A stretch of DNA of 64,000 nt, from NCBI GenBank assembly GCA_002633005.1, contig NMRA01000110.1, positions 872,731 through 936,730 on the forward strand. The letters run 5' to 3'. The notes beneath the pieces are model-generated. The model saw only the letters and a list, made by a program, of their open reading frames with translations, was not told the origin of the DNA and ran no database searches. Positions 25,000-38,900 of the stretch are shown in pieces. The position numbers and the translations under genes were made by a program. Each line of letters begins with the position of its first letter. Positions within the stretch are counted from its first letter, which is position 1. Source of the DNA: Phoronis australis. Lineage: Eukaryota; Animalia; Phoronida.

Positions 25000-25050
<51 letters not shown>

Positions 25051-25095
25051 ACGCGCGCGCGCATGCACGCACGCAGGCACATGTATATATACATA
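24860..25095. repeat. (CA)n/(CG)n compound microsatellite
   Basis: Long acacac runs interspersed with gcgcgc and tata. Confidence 0.95.
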
Positions 25096-27157
25096 GGTAT
25101 TTACATGTATACACGATGACGTCAGGTGTTACGGAAATGTATGAATACCATAACCAATGAGCGTGCTTCGGAGAGTTCTTACACTCTCTGAGATTGGGTG
25201 TCGTAAAATACATGATGTTTTTTTAGAATTCCAAAACACCAACATTAATGGCATGCAACGAGCTACAAGATAAATACCCAGCCAAAAGAGGTCACTCTTA
25301 TTCACAAATAAGGTCACGTTAATGTGAAAATATAATTAGTAGACAATTGAGTGTAAGTTCATCCCATTTAACATATGCTATTCCTTACGTAGGAATCAAA
25401 TTTGTGCATTTAGGAAAACTCAAACTTTTCTGGAATTGCAAAAAAATTTACTCACGACAAATTGGTAAAACTTCAGGTAAACTTGAAATCCAATGTCCAA
25501 TCCAGGTCCCACAGCGTGATAATGTTTCTCGATGAATCTTTCAGCGAAGTCATGGACAAGTTGGTTAAATCGTGATAGACCAATTTATTCCGGCGATTGG
25601 GAAGGTACATACGGGTTTCGGGTGAGTGTTTCTGAGTGAAATAAACTGCCAGGCCTCTTCTTATAAATTAAGGATAATATCTAACCTTATTCATAAAAAT
25701 TGGCCATTTTTACAATATTTCAGATGTGTCTATAAAATACCTTATCTTCATTCTCGGGGAACTTCAAATACAGAATCTATACCGCGTAGTGAGAAAAAAA
25801 AAGAATTTAGCAGAACCACCTCGGAACCGCACGACCGCTTGGATATTTGTTTTTCTACTTATCCAAGATCAAAGTATAAGGGCTTTCGATCAAATCGAAT
25901 CTCCCGCTAGGCACAGAACAGCTTCGTGTACCCTCAGCTCTTTCATTCACAAAGTCTCCATAATGTCGAGCCAACGAGGTGCACTTATGATCGAATGGTG
26001 CCGAGACAAAGACAAAACGTATCTTGATCCTATGGGAGTTGTGCGTCTACTTGCGTACGACCGTTAGCGTTGCAAAGTAATGATATGAGTCGCATCAGGA
26101 CTCTGTGGTCACGAACACAGCAAGTTGTGAAAAGAGATAAATTTCCACCATAATTCCTTAATTCAATTAATAAGTTGACATTTCGATGTTTCGATCCGAT
26201 GCTAATAACGTACTTTAACCACCGATTCGATTTTTTGTTATCCATTTCTTACTCGGTTTCCTATCAGTCTCCTAGCATGTGACGTGTACAGGATAGGTGT
26301 ATAACAATGAACTGTCACGTAGAATGTACTTAGAAAGTAGCTCGTAAACAACACTAAAAGTTGGGAACGATAAGTCTGTTAGTTTGAAGTTTTAAGAATA
26401 ATTAAGTTAGTTACGCTGCAAAATTCAATTGACATTGCGAGTGAACGATAAAATAGATAACATAGTTAAAGCCTGTATAGATTATGTGTATCGAAACCAA
26501 GTTTTAACCAAATAATTAACCGAAGATTTTGACATTAGTTCTCGAAAACGGCTTGGTGGACTTAGATGAAGCTTTCCAAACTTAATATTTAGTCATCAAT
26601 CTGAAAAACGGTGTTAGGATTTTTGATATAAAAGCCTAGTTTTCGCATAATTTGATAAAGACGAGTACGATTTCAACTTTTTACAAACATACCTTACGTT
26701 TTGCGAGTTGATTTGTTATAGAAACCAAACGAACAGACTAATCGGAAATTTCTAATAGCGTTTTTGAGGAAAGTGGTGAAGTTTTCATTAAAAAAATGTT
26801 TCATGAAAATCGACCGAGGGGTCATTTTGCTATGAATGTACTAATCTTAAAAATTTTGAATTACATGTAAACATGTTTTTACGTAAAAATAATAATGGAA
26901 TACAAATACAAAAAGTATACTTTCCTGGTCTTTGATCTTTCAGAAAATAAATACTTTTACTAGTTGATCAAGCTAAGTATTTTGGTATGCTCGTTAGAAA
27001 GCAGGCCACTAAATAAGGTTGGACATAACCTTAAGTTTTATGTGGCCTACCATTCAGATACAACGTGTTGCCGTATTGTTAAATTATTCAAATACATGTG
27101 TATTAACAAAACCATACGTTTTATTCAGTGAATACCTCTTTTTCTCAAGCACATGTG

Positions 27158-28334
27158 CCGGGGTTTTCTGTAGATAAGCCTACCTGATGAAACACCCATG
27201 TGCGTTTATTCGGAAAATTATGCCGAATAAACGCCCATGGGCTTGCCAAGTGTCTAGATAGTGGGGCCTGAATTCGGAAAAGTTCCTCTTAAAAGCCCAC
27301 TTATCGTCAACTTTAAGTCACATATTCAGTTTTTGGAGCATTTATTAGGCCTATTCAAAAAAGCGAAAAATGTGTTGCCGAACTATGCATTTATTAACAT
27401 AAATTTATAAAGAAATAATTAAAAATCTGTCCATGTCAATGTGTTCATCCCGTAGAGACTATTTGCCCATAAGCAGCTATGCCGCAACATTAAAACACTA
27501 TGATAATGATGTCTTGAAAGATTTGCCACGTGGCTGAAGATACAAATTCCAGGAGTTTCTCGTAGTATGGGTGGCGGCATTACCCCCGCCGGGTTTACAT
27601 TTTTTCTCGCCGTTTTCAAGCCAGTACTGATACTGCTCTTTCAACCTAGCTTTGAACAGACGTTAAAATAAACAACAAATGGCTGAAGGAAATAGGTCAC
27701 TTTGGCTTGAATTATCTTCACGACATTATTCGATTTTCTAAACTCTGCGGATACAGTCTCTGCACCGTGGCTCCGATGTGTGTCCATGGGCAAAAGCGAT
27801 TTGTCGATGTTGAAATAAAGACCTCGCCTCATCACTACTATATATATCTATTGCATCATAAGCGTCTCGTTCATGGATTCCCTACCTGAACTTCAATGTT
27901 GTTGGGTACACGCTTTAACGGTACAACATGAAAGTAGACAAAGACGGATTTGCGGTTGGGCCATATCAAGAAAACTGGCTACAATTTGTTATTTTTTCAC
28001 AATACGAAGTGGCCGAGTATTCGAGCCTGCCGAAGTTCATAGAATCTCTGATGATCGACCTTAGATGCTTTCATCTTTGTCACAAGGAGGTGTAGAAGTG
28101 TCATGCACATACACTTTCTTGTCCCGCAGGACAGATATTACAAAACTTGATAAGTTGCTAGACAAGGTTTACTTACAAAAATACTTATCGCGCTTCATGC
28201 TGGTATTTACGTCACGGAAATTATGACTTTCCGTTTACACGCCCCCTTTTCCGAATAAACACTGGAGCATTCATTAGCGTTCCTAAAGTGCCTAAAAGTT
28301 TTCCGCCCATGGGCTAATTTACTGAAATCCCCGG
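27158..28334. mobile_element. Non-autonomous TIR element (Tc1/mariner-pogo-like)
   Basis: ccggggttttctgtagataagcc at the left matches the reverse complement of gggctaatttactgaaatccccgg at the right, which is followed by ta. Confidence 0.5.
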
Positions 28335-30448
28335 TACAAAGAATGTGCGTACTATGCTATTCAAGTTCATAATTTATGCCATTCTGCCATTGGTTGGGTC
28401 ACGAGATGGCGTCTTTTCAGTAAAGTGAAAAGAAAATGAACAGTGTGTCCATACTCAAGCATCTATTTCAAAACCACTGGAAAACATTTCCATGAAATAA
28501 TAATCCAAAAGTCGACGTTTAAAACGGTTATTCCAACTTTTTGAATTCTTTCCATTTTTTTGCTTAATGTTACCCATTTCATAAAAAATCAAAATGTTCT
28601 CATATTTTGTTAGCACTATGTCAAAAGGGAAATGTTTTCAGAATACTTCCAACAAGGATTTGGAAAACTGTACCAATCATACTAATACTCTTTTATTCGA
28701 ATTAGATCAGCTATTTCTGAATAAGTCAGATTTTAATGATGTGTAGATTTATTTGTAACCTGATTAAATTTACAACAAAGGTATTCAACCTAGGGTCGTC
28801 AAGTTTAAAGCCTTTAACGATGTCCATCTATGGTAATAGGTTACTTTGACAAAGCATGTCAATCTATCGTAATAATGCTACAAAAAACCTTTGGCACGTT
28901 TGATTCAGAACACCCACCGTAACAGAAGAGATGTAATGTCTAAGCTTGAATTATACATGTACATGTACTGAAGGTCCGTTATTGGATTAGAACATTGTTG
29001 GCGATCAAAATGCACCGACATGACAAGCTGCCTGTAACACTCCCCACGACGATTATTCCACAGGACTAGAGGACAAGAGTGCTCGAAACTCGAAGTCAAA
29101 TTTACCAATTACGAGACACTCTTCAAGTAAACTTGAAATTTGCACTTGAATCACGGCTCATGGTTGGTTAACTTCGAGTCTAAGTCTTAATCGAGTCTGA
29201 GTTCAGAGCCTAGACCACGACACTAGCAATCACGTGTAACCTACACGTAAGAAAGAAACAAATTGCAAAGCATTGCATACTTTTTCTGTAGGTTAACATT
29301 AAGATTTGGGGTCTTGAATTGCCATCTTCGAAACCGTCGCTAATTAATTTATTTTCCTATGTACTCTAGAACTGGGTTAAACCACCCCTTTGCCCTATTC
29401 GACGCGCATTGCAGGATTTACACCTTGGCTGGTATTCAAGTATACGAAGAACTGAAAAACAATAATGCAATTTTCTAAAAAAATGATTTCTTTAACGTTT
29501 AATGACGCTATCAAAAAGCCTTTACATTCACAAGCAGGACACTTCAAAACAATCGCTGAACCTTTTTAAAGTCCAGTTATAAGGCACGGTGATTTTCTAA
29601 AACCGCAAAAGGCATCCAGCCACCCGTACTCTTTATTTCGCAATCCCCGTAAGTCTTGGTTAAAACACGTCACAGCATACACGTAAAGTACAAACATTTT
29701 TACATAAGATCTAACAGTACCATGGCTATTAGAGAAAAAATGGATTTGAAAAACTATAGAATGAAAGATTTATCTTCTTCCACCGAGAATTATTACATTT
29801 TATGGCAGCGGAATATTGCACGTGAGCAGACGACATGGCGGCTAGACCGCCAGCTGTTCTTAGATGACGTGCAGAAAGAAGGCAGGACATTGGCACCCGC
29901 TAGAAGAAAAGTCCTGGCACTGTTTTTAATTTAAAATACAACTTGGACTTCGATAAGAACATCTACATCCTTCAGAGAACGAAAATCTCTTTTCCAGAGA
30001 CGTCAGTCGGGGCTTTGCAATGGAATGACTCCGCTTGCCGCTGAGTGTCGTGTAACTGGTTCCGACAAAATTTTCAATCAGTGGAATTACAAGGAGGCAA
30101 CAGACGAAATCTTGAAATTTCCCTGCACACCTGAAAAGGGCCTTGCCTGCGTCAACGAAGATCAGCCGGATAAGAAGTGCAAGGATTATTCCATCCGCTT
30201 CCTGTGTCCGCATGTGTAGTGCTATCTCAGATCTCTTGGGATTTTACAGTTGGGTCAAAATTCTCTGGACTCTAACCTTAGTGGAAGCTATATATGGTGT
30301 AATGGTGAATTGTATCTCACATAAAGACAAAATGACATTCTCTTTATTGTAATTTACTAAATTTTTTGGATCTTCCAATAAATTCCAATTTCTTCTGGGT
30401 TAGAAACTTTGGTCTGTTCTTCAGAGAAGTGGAAGGAGTATCACAATA

Positions 30449-31363
30449 GGATTGTTCTAAAACCCTCTTGACCCCCACACTCCACGACCCCCGTCTCCGT
30501 TGACCCCACGACTAACGACCCACAACGACCCTTCGACCCACGACCTGTGGCAATAGACGAATCTTTGCGCTTTTACTCATTTCATAATCATATTACGTCG
30601 CTGAATAGCTTTCGAATCTGCATTGGCTCAAGTGTGGTGGTTTAAGCAGAAAGTTGCGTAAGAACAGGATATGAAGTAAGTAATTAAGAGCGTGCTATCG
30701 TTTTTACGGAAATAGTTCCACAAGCGTCTACGAATGACCCTGTTCTACTAAACTTAGGTACAGTGTAGGCCTACGTTAACGTGAATGGACGTAATAACAC
30801 ATTTTATTATTTGCTTTCGGTTGTATGCTCGTAATGTACTCCATGTAAACTTGTGTAACTGTTTAGTTAACGGTTGTTTTTTTCAAACTAAAGTTACTGA
30901 AGAAATTACATATTCTTCAGTTCCTCGCACTCTCCCAAATAATGCTTGAACCTGACATCCACTGACGAACAGACGAGACGATTACACTTTGCCGGGAACG
31001 ACGTTCAAAATAAGGGTTATTTGTAACATTGTGATGGGTCTTTAGTTTTATTTGGTCGAGCTGTTTTTTTTTTGTATTTCACACTTGCCGATTCGACCCT
31101 CTTAATAGCAAAAAACAGGGAAAAACCAGCCTAGCTCACGGCCCGACTAGGTGGTCCTGCAAGTCAGCACTTGTTCTACATGTACGTTCACATGGAGTCG
31201 AGCTTGTATAGACTGGGTCGAGGGGATTGTGGGCCGTGGGTCAAGGGGATCGCGGGTCGTGGGCCGAGGGGAGCTTTGGTGGAAGGGGTCGTGGGTCGAG
31301 GGGGCCGTGGGTCGAGGAGGGGTGGCGTGTGTTATGGTAGTAGAGCTGGTTTTAGATCAATCC
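30449..31363. mobile_element. Non-autonomous TIR element with TA TSD
   Basis: ta|ggattgttctaaaac ... gttttagatcaatcc|ta. Subterminal gacccacgac / gtcgtgggtc repeats. Internal homology to 2117-2967. Confidence 0.75.
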
Positions 31364-31548
31364 TACGATACATTCAACATTCATGTCACACTTCTCGTTT
31401 CTAATTGTTCAAAATATCGTGAAAGAAATCCGATACCAGACCAATCCAGTTTAAAGTATTAACACTTTTCTTTCAACATATTATCAACTGCTTTCAAAGT
31501 TACATGGAGAAATCAACTCCGGAATTTCATGGTTTCTTTAAATTTCTG

Positions 31549-31826
31549 GGGATTGATCTAAAACCCCTAGACACACATGCTCAAAACTCGCTTGACCCAC
31601 GACCCCCCCCACCCACCCGCAAGATCCACGGCACGACACCAGCCACTAACCCCCCAGGAAAAAGCCAGCCGAGCTCACGATCCGATTCGTTGGTCCTGCA
31701 AGTCAGCGCTTGTTCTATTTTCAGATAGAGTGGAGCTTGTGTAAATTGGGTCAAGCGGGTTGTGGGCGTGGCAAGCAGTTCGAAGGGTCGTGGGGTGTGA
31801 GGGTCGACGGAGTGTTTGAACAATCT
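31549..31826. mobile_element. Internally deleted short copy of the same TIR family
   Basis: Starts ggattgatctaaaac, shares ggtcctgcaagtcagc, and ends tgtttgaacaatc. Confidence 0.6.
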
Positions 31827-34482
31827 GATTTCTGGTGTTTCACAAAAATGACCGCCAATGTTAAACGGCATTTGACTTCAAAATTGGTGAATTGTCAAAA
31901 AGGAACACAAATAAGGGAGTTTTATAATATACGGAGTGTTAGACCTCGTTCCTACTATCTCAAAGCCGACGAAAGTGAGAAGTCCAATTCACTGTCTGAT
32001 TCTTTAAGTACTTGAGTGTGATGGCCGTAACCTGTCTCTTCTCTGTCTGCATAATAATTATCCAGATCTTGCTCATAATCGTCCTCGTCCCCTGAACTGC
32101 TATATTCGGCAATTGCAATTAATTGTTAAGTAACCACATGTCATCCCCACATTACATCATTTGGCGGGCAACTTGGAAATACCAAATTTGTCTTCATTAT
32201 TCATTTCATAGTGGCTAACTGAAGCCTAAAGAGACCGTAAGCAAATGCATGGTGGAAACTCTTTAACTGAGGATAATGTTAATACATGTATTACATCAGC
32301 GCAGGGGATAGAATGTATACATGTGGAATTCATATCTAACCCAGGGTATGTGAGTGAGCTTTGACTTCAAAGTCTTAATTCAAATTTACTGCTTTCACTG
32401 AAATGACAACTGTGTGTTTGCCTTTGTAAAAAATGATCACAAAAACGTTTGAGAACAATACAACTTCAACAGTGAAAATCAAATCACGTCTATTTTGCAC
32501 ACATACATCTTTCTGTGAAGGCAATTACGTCACATTGTAATCGAGCAGGCCGATGGGCTACGTCATGCTTAACTTCCGTGCACACACGGCAAGATTCGGT
32601 CATACGGAAAATGAAAGTGAGGCGAGATTTTCTGAATAGAAATACTTTATATGGTTTCATATCATTTTGATTAATGTGCTAACTAATGTTCACTTGTTTT
32701 AGTTTTAGTTGAATAATTGACGAAAGCATAAGATAATTTAATGGATTCTGATTTTATTTAAAAATTGAACATTCATTTGTACCCACTATATCTCCAAATC
32801 AAATCTTTGGTAGACAGTGCATCCAAAGTTCCATACCTCCTCTCTTTACTCGGCTTTTTGTCGTCCACTAGCGTAGCAATTTATTTTGTAATGCTATTAT
32901 TATAGTAGCAGTTTTTTTTGTCCATCTTTCAGAAGTTACTCATCGGTATTAATTTTCGGTATATTAAAGCTCACATAAATGTATGTCTATTTTCTACGTC
33001 TATTTCTCACTCTAAGCACTGAACACACACTGTTCCAAAAGTATTAAATATTTCATGGACATCACTAAATTATCAAAACTGTTTACCTTTTGCGTACTGT
33101 GGAGATTTTTTCGTGAAATTACTTTTGCGTAATGCATGATATTTATCGCATCTCTAACTTGTCTTGTCATGGATAAATCAAGGTGTAAATTGCATGCGAA
33201 CTTTTCTCACGGCCGGGCAGCTTTTCATCAGAATATTTATCAAATGTAATTCACCCTTCTGATTCACCACCAATAATTTGACTACAAAATAAAATAATTT
33301 CAACTTTAGACATGTATATTGGGCATTTCACACAATGACAACTTTTTCATTTTCTAATTTTCGGCCAAATTTGGCACTCTCTAGCAGCCCTACTGCACCT
33401 TTTCAAAAAGTGACTTTATAATAATTTGTTTAGTCATTCCTTACCTCTTCATAATCTAAAATAAAAATTCTTCCCTCTCTCGATAGTTTTTGCTTACGAA
33501 GCATTACACCAACTGCATTTCGTCCTGTTTTCCTGTTATCAGATGGATCAAGCACAAATAAGGTGCCTATTGAAACGTGTAATTAGCCTCGCTGGTTCCC
33601 TGCGTACCGCAAGGTGAGGCGGTAGCCGTGCCAGCACGCAGGTATCACTTAATATTCCTCGACGTTTCTGATTGGCTAGTTGAATTCTCAACAGGCAGCG
33701 CAGTACGCAAACAAACTGGCATGACTGATGGACTGAAGTGTAAATGTGGTCAGTTGTACAGACAAATCGGTGCTTAAAATTTATGTTCAGGAAATGTGTA
33801 GCCTAGAAATTGTGATTGCGCCTTTTCGGAATGCATCTTTCCACTGTCGATGACTTTTGTTTACGATAGTGTCCTGTCTATTCATACAGTTTGAATAACA
33901 CTCCGGTTAAGTCGGACAGATATGTGTTTATTGTAAGTGTATATGCTTCAAACGGTTATCAAACATCACTGCAGAGACGAAATAGGCCTGAGTGGCGGAT
34001 TTAGAGGGGGACCACCATTGATCTATGTCAGAATAAATATTGATTAAATAATTAGTAAGAATAGATCCATTTTAAGTTGCCCAAAACTTGTGCATATGTA
34101 CCTTTAAATCATGGGGTCAGACTTGTTGACATGTATTTAACGTCAAAATCTATTTTTAGATGGTGTTTACAACTTTGGGTTCTGGAGTCAAAGTACTCTA
34201 GAGATTCTAGAATATTCTGAGAACAAATTGCAACAGCCAATAATACGAGTGGATATGATCATGTGGTTTTTATTAGCCAATCACTAAGTAAGTAGAATGT
34301 TATATTATGGGCTGAAATCAGCAAGATAATTAGATGCGCTAAAGTAGTTGAAGCATAAAGACTTGCTACAGTGTACAGAAGCAGTTGTACGACAGAGCCA
34401 TCTCGTGGAAGATTCTAGAAAGGATCTTGGCAAGGGCAAGGGTTAACGAACCGGAAGTTAACTAAGAGCTTGTCACTTGCAT

Positions 34483-34633
34483 NNNNNNNNNNNNNNNNNN
34501 NNNNNNNNNNNNNNNNNNNNNNNNNNNNNNNNNNNNNNNNNNNNNNNNNNNNNNNNNNNNNNNNNNNNNNNNNNNNNNNNNNNNNNNNNNNNNNNNNNNN
34601 NNNNNNNNNNNNNNNNNNNNNNNNNNNNNNNNN
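34483..34633. other. Assembly gap (N run)
   Basis: Run of N. Confidence 1.
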
Positions 34634-34790
34634 CATTTGGAGACACTGGATGTGGTACCACCCTTCACAGGAGTCACACGTAAATCCCGTCGGACCAGTG
34701 CACGGGTAGACCGCACGCCCCACATGGATATCATGAACCAGTGTTCTCATGTGGGATGTCATCAGTACCATACATGCAGCTATTGACAAA
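34634..34790 (-). mobile_element. Decayed 5' part of a CR1-group LINE ORF (PHD finger preceded by a degenerate 2A-like motif)
   Basis: DDIPHENTGS*YPCGACGLPVHWSD, then after a frameshift CDSCEGWYHIQCLQM, running into the gap. Confidence 0.6.
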
Positions 34791-35925
34791 ATGTCGGACG
34801 GATCCTGATACACGTTTACTTCTATAAGAGCAAATTAGATAAATAGGACCGAACATAACTGTCAATGGCCAACGATTAATGTATAATGTACTAACTGAAA
34901 TATAGAAAGATTTGAATGTGTTTACGTGTATTAGGTCTCTTCCCCTGGCCTTATTGGGGAGGGAACACACCTCTAATTGGGATAAATTGATCAGCAGCAA
35001 GAACAGAGTAAGCATGACTTGCGTATACAGCTTACAAAGCTTCACTCAGTATTCAGGCACAAATTGTGGATCACACCAGTGTTGCCCAGATACAATTAAT
35101 TACAGTAACATTGCTATTACCTGCAATTGCCGACACTGAGCCAGGCCAACAAGACGAGTAAACAATTTGAAATGTTGATTAAAAAATCCGGAATTTGTTA
35201 GGATGTACAATGTATAGGTATGGCTGAGGTTATCATCTAGCCAAAATAGCTGGAACTGGCCAGTAAGCTGCCGAGGATATTCGTGAAACACTCGCTTTTC
35301 ACCGACGGGTGTGATTTTGCGAGGTCTTACAGGCGAGGTCGATCTTATTTTATCAAAGGAGAAAAGGGTCCACGGGAAGTGCTTCTAGTTTCATGCACCG
35401 AAGCATGAAATTTAGGGTCACTTCCTCTGTACGTACATGTAAACAATAATATGTTCGAGCCCAGAATGAGAGATATTTATCATGAAATTGTCTTAAAGTA
35501 GTAGAGAAACTGAAAACTATAGAGTAAAGAGTAAGCCAAAGACCCGGGCGACTGTCAATCCGCTAATAACACGTTCACAACAAAAGCGCGAAATAGTCCA
35601 GTCTATGACCTCTCGGCTGGCCGTGCCGTCTCCCTTGGGGACGTGAGGCGCTCAAAATCCTAAATTGTTTAGAACACAACGCATCTTTTGAATCTCACTT
35701 TACTGTCACGTACGGGCCACTATGATTTTTCAATACGTGAACATTATAGTACAGGATTATTGTTCCAATTGAAAGAGATGAACCCTTGATCCGAACGTTT
35801 ACATCAGTTACATAATAGAACCGTCTACTGTAGACCTACATGTAAGACGCATTAGGGTCTTGTGAAAAGAACCGAGACGTTGTTACTTCTGCGTGCAGCC
35901 TGCCGCTGACTCGACTACTCCTATC

Positions 35926-38900
35926 ATGACGAAAACAGCTGCGGTTGTTGGTGCGCTTCTGATCAGTTGTTTGGTTGGAGTTTTTGCCATTGACTTAGAA
36001 ATCTTGGAAAACGCCTTGCCAGTCGATGGCGATATCGAACTTAGTGGTCGTGATGCAAGCAGTGGGACATTAGAAACAGAGTTAGACAAGCGAGAAGACA
36101 ACACAGAATGTAAGTCCCTCAAGATAACACCTATTGCTATATCACACACTTGACTTTATACATGTACAATAAACTTTTTAATTTGCAATTATTTTTGTTG
36201 GTTCAAAGTAGTTTAACAAAATTTAAAACATATGAAAATTATCTCCTCAGTTCATGGGATAGTAATGAGTAAGCATGTAGTCACTAACACGTCTTCATTT
36301 TGTGGTAAAATTACTGAACCGTAATACCTGTGAATGGACAGTCCAAATCACCACAGGCACGGGCCCCATCGAGACACGAGGGCTGGGGTTCATTTCCTGG
36401 GTGAGTAAACCGCGTGTACGATTATACATGTAACAGTATCATTTTGAGACCCAAGTAATGTTGGCGAGAACTAAATAAATACGTATTTGGAAAACTATTG
36501 AAAAGTTCGGAAACTACAATTCAAATCAACCTTTTTGACTTTGTTTTTAGCGTGATGCACTCTTCAACTAAAACTGACTGATGAGTATTTTTGGTTGTTT
36601 ATTGACACTGCTACAATTTCGTTTCATTTAAAGAACTGGGAGCTTCAAAAGTAAGCGAACGATTGGCAAATGATATTGGTTACAACACCCTCGGCTGTAC
36701 ACTATACGTGCAGATTAATTAAGACCGGGCTCGATTTTGGTGAGCTGCTGGTCGTCAAAGCAACCTCAGATCGTGTGTGTCGACCTGATAAAACTCCAAG
36801 CTCGCTACGGAATCATAACCTACACCTATGAGCACAAGCTCAATACATTACATGTAGCAGACTGATGGAGTAGGGATGCTATGGCTCAAAGCGGAAGGGT
36901 CCATTTAAGGCTCGTACGCAGACAACACGTCCAGATCCGTTCGACTAAAGCAAAAAAGCGTTCTTGTGTGTCTGGCAAACACTTGGCCTGTACGCTGGTT
37001 CTATAATTAAGGATTTTTTTCGTTTTCACTAATCCAAACTAAGTTTCGTTTGTTGGAGGGGGGGGGGGCTAGGACAACGCATCCCCTTATCAAGGGTTTC
37101 CTAGTTTTGGTTACCTCAGTTCATGTTTGGAAAACTGTGGAAATTTTGCCTGTCCGTCTATGGGGACTTGACGATATGCTATTCGTCGAGCCAAGGAAAA
37201 TATTTCCCTTACCTCCTTGCCAACAGTCTACACAGGTCGTGCCGAATTCTCAAACTGTACCTCGAGGTTGCGATATGTAAATATTGTAAATGTAAAAAAT
37301 CACTAACAAGCCGCGATGGCACCGGCAAAATCGATGTGTTTTAGGTTGCTTGTATGTTCTTTCTTGTTTTGAAGTTACTAAAATATACATTCCCTTAAGC
37401 AATTTTAAGCACACGAATATATGACTGCTGCCAACCTGAAAGAGCAAAAAAGGTCGGATTTTTTCGTCTTGAAAATAATTACGCTAATATTAACAACAAG
37501 TTGTCTCTCCTTTGCGGGACAATTGAGGACTGATTGTGAACACTGTAACCGAACAGAATAGAAAAAAATGTCATGTCGCTGAGTCCTTAGATTTTCGTAA
37601 CATATGTTATGTCTGTGGGATATGCCGATGTGTTATTATATCCAACAAAAAGTGTAAATAGTAGTCAATCCTAGGCATCAACATTTTGAAGCCACCAATA
37701 AAACTCTTACAGTCACGACCGCTACTGGCCACAAATGCAGCATCGGTCCCAATCAGCAGATTTTGACTGCTGCCTTTCAGCGGGTGACTTTTAAAATTTC
37801 TGCACACCTAAAGCTGACCGGCCGGTCTTTACAGCATCAGCTGCAACTCTCTATGACATCGATTCCCAGATTTGCTCATAGCGTGTACTCTCGGCGACTC
37901 ATAATTACATAGGCCATTTGCAAATTACCCTACGAACTTCAATGGCAAACAAGGTACGACAAAACAGTCTGAAGACCACATCGCCTGTTTGTAAACCCTG
38001 AAAACCATTGAGCGGGGTCAAGGGTTACATTCTGACAAGGACTGCTAGCAAGGGGTTTACAAGATACACTTCTTGATGCTAGCCACTGGCGATGAATCGA
38101 TCAACTAAATGTGTCGAAGCGTATAGTCTCGACGAGCACAACAACCCCGTGAAATTCCCTGTATGTGATGTCAGTGATAAAATACGCGTAGCCGTTGCGG
38201 TATGTTTTCACATGTTTTATACCATCCCCGGCCTTACCGAAGCCGGTACTAACTCAAGTAGCCACCTGATACCATTCAGGTACTCCACGTTAAATACTCT
38301 GTTTTGGATAGGTGACTGTACAACTTGGACTGAATGGCTCAACCGTGACGACTCGAAAGGTTTGGGAGATATGGAAACCATGGGTGCATTTGTAAGTACA
38401 ACGTGGAGACGAGAGTTTAATTGCGTAAAAGCAGTTACATTATTGAATTCTTAAAATGAAATTGATCTGAATTTGTGAACAGGCAAATCGCCAAACAAAA
38501 TAGTGCAAAAGTAGTGCGCCAAATACATAGGGCTAGATATACTTGTAGATATAGATGAATAAGTGAGTAGTTTCCTTGTATTTATGTTGTGTGTGCGTGT
38601 GTGTAGTGTGTAGTGTGCAGTGTGCAGTGTGCAGTGTGCAGTGTGCAGTGTGCAGTGTGTGTGTGATTTGCGATGCATTCTTGCCTTGGCTTATTCGAGT
38701 TTGATGCTGTCGGCTTGCCTTATTGACTATTTAGGATTCTGACATTGACCCATTATTGTCAATCTTAGATGCGTACCGGGAAGAACGTTTGTGGAGGAAG
38801 GCGCCCTCTTCAGGCAACCTGTGTTGCCAAGTATTTGGAAACTGGGGCGGATTACACATTTGACAAGTATACGGACTTCAACAAGATCACAAATCCATTG

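Larger units (their letters stand above)
14240..30219 (+). pseudogene. Secreted WxxW (CysD/Mucin2_WxxW-like) domain precursor, paralog A, apparently lacking exon 3
   Basis: GT-AG exons 14240-14423 (signal peptide, pro-region, KR), 17763-17842 (CTTWTDWLN), 18984-19063, 24210-24441, 25545-25621 (WTSWLNRDRP) and 29998-30219. Lengths and phases match paralog B. No exon-3 homolog is found between 17843 and 18983. AATAAA at 30377. Confidence 0.75.

Noticed and set aside
24800-25160. VC/HT-rich ORFs
   Set aside because: Translations of the (CA)n microsatellite.
34415-34734. ORFs spanning X runs
   Set aside because: Artefacts of the N gap. Only the PHD fragment is supported.
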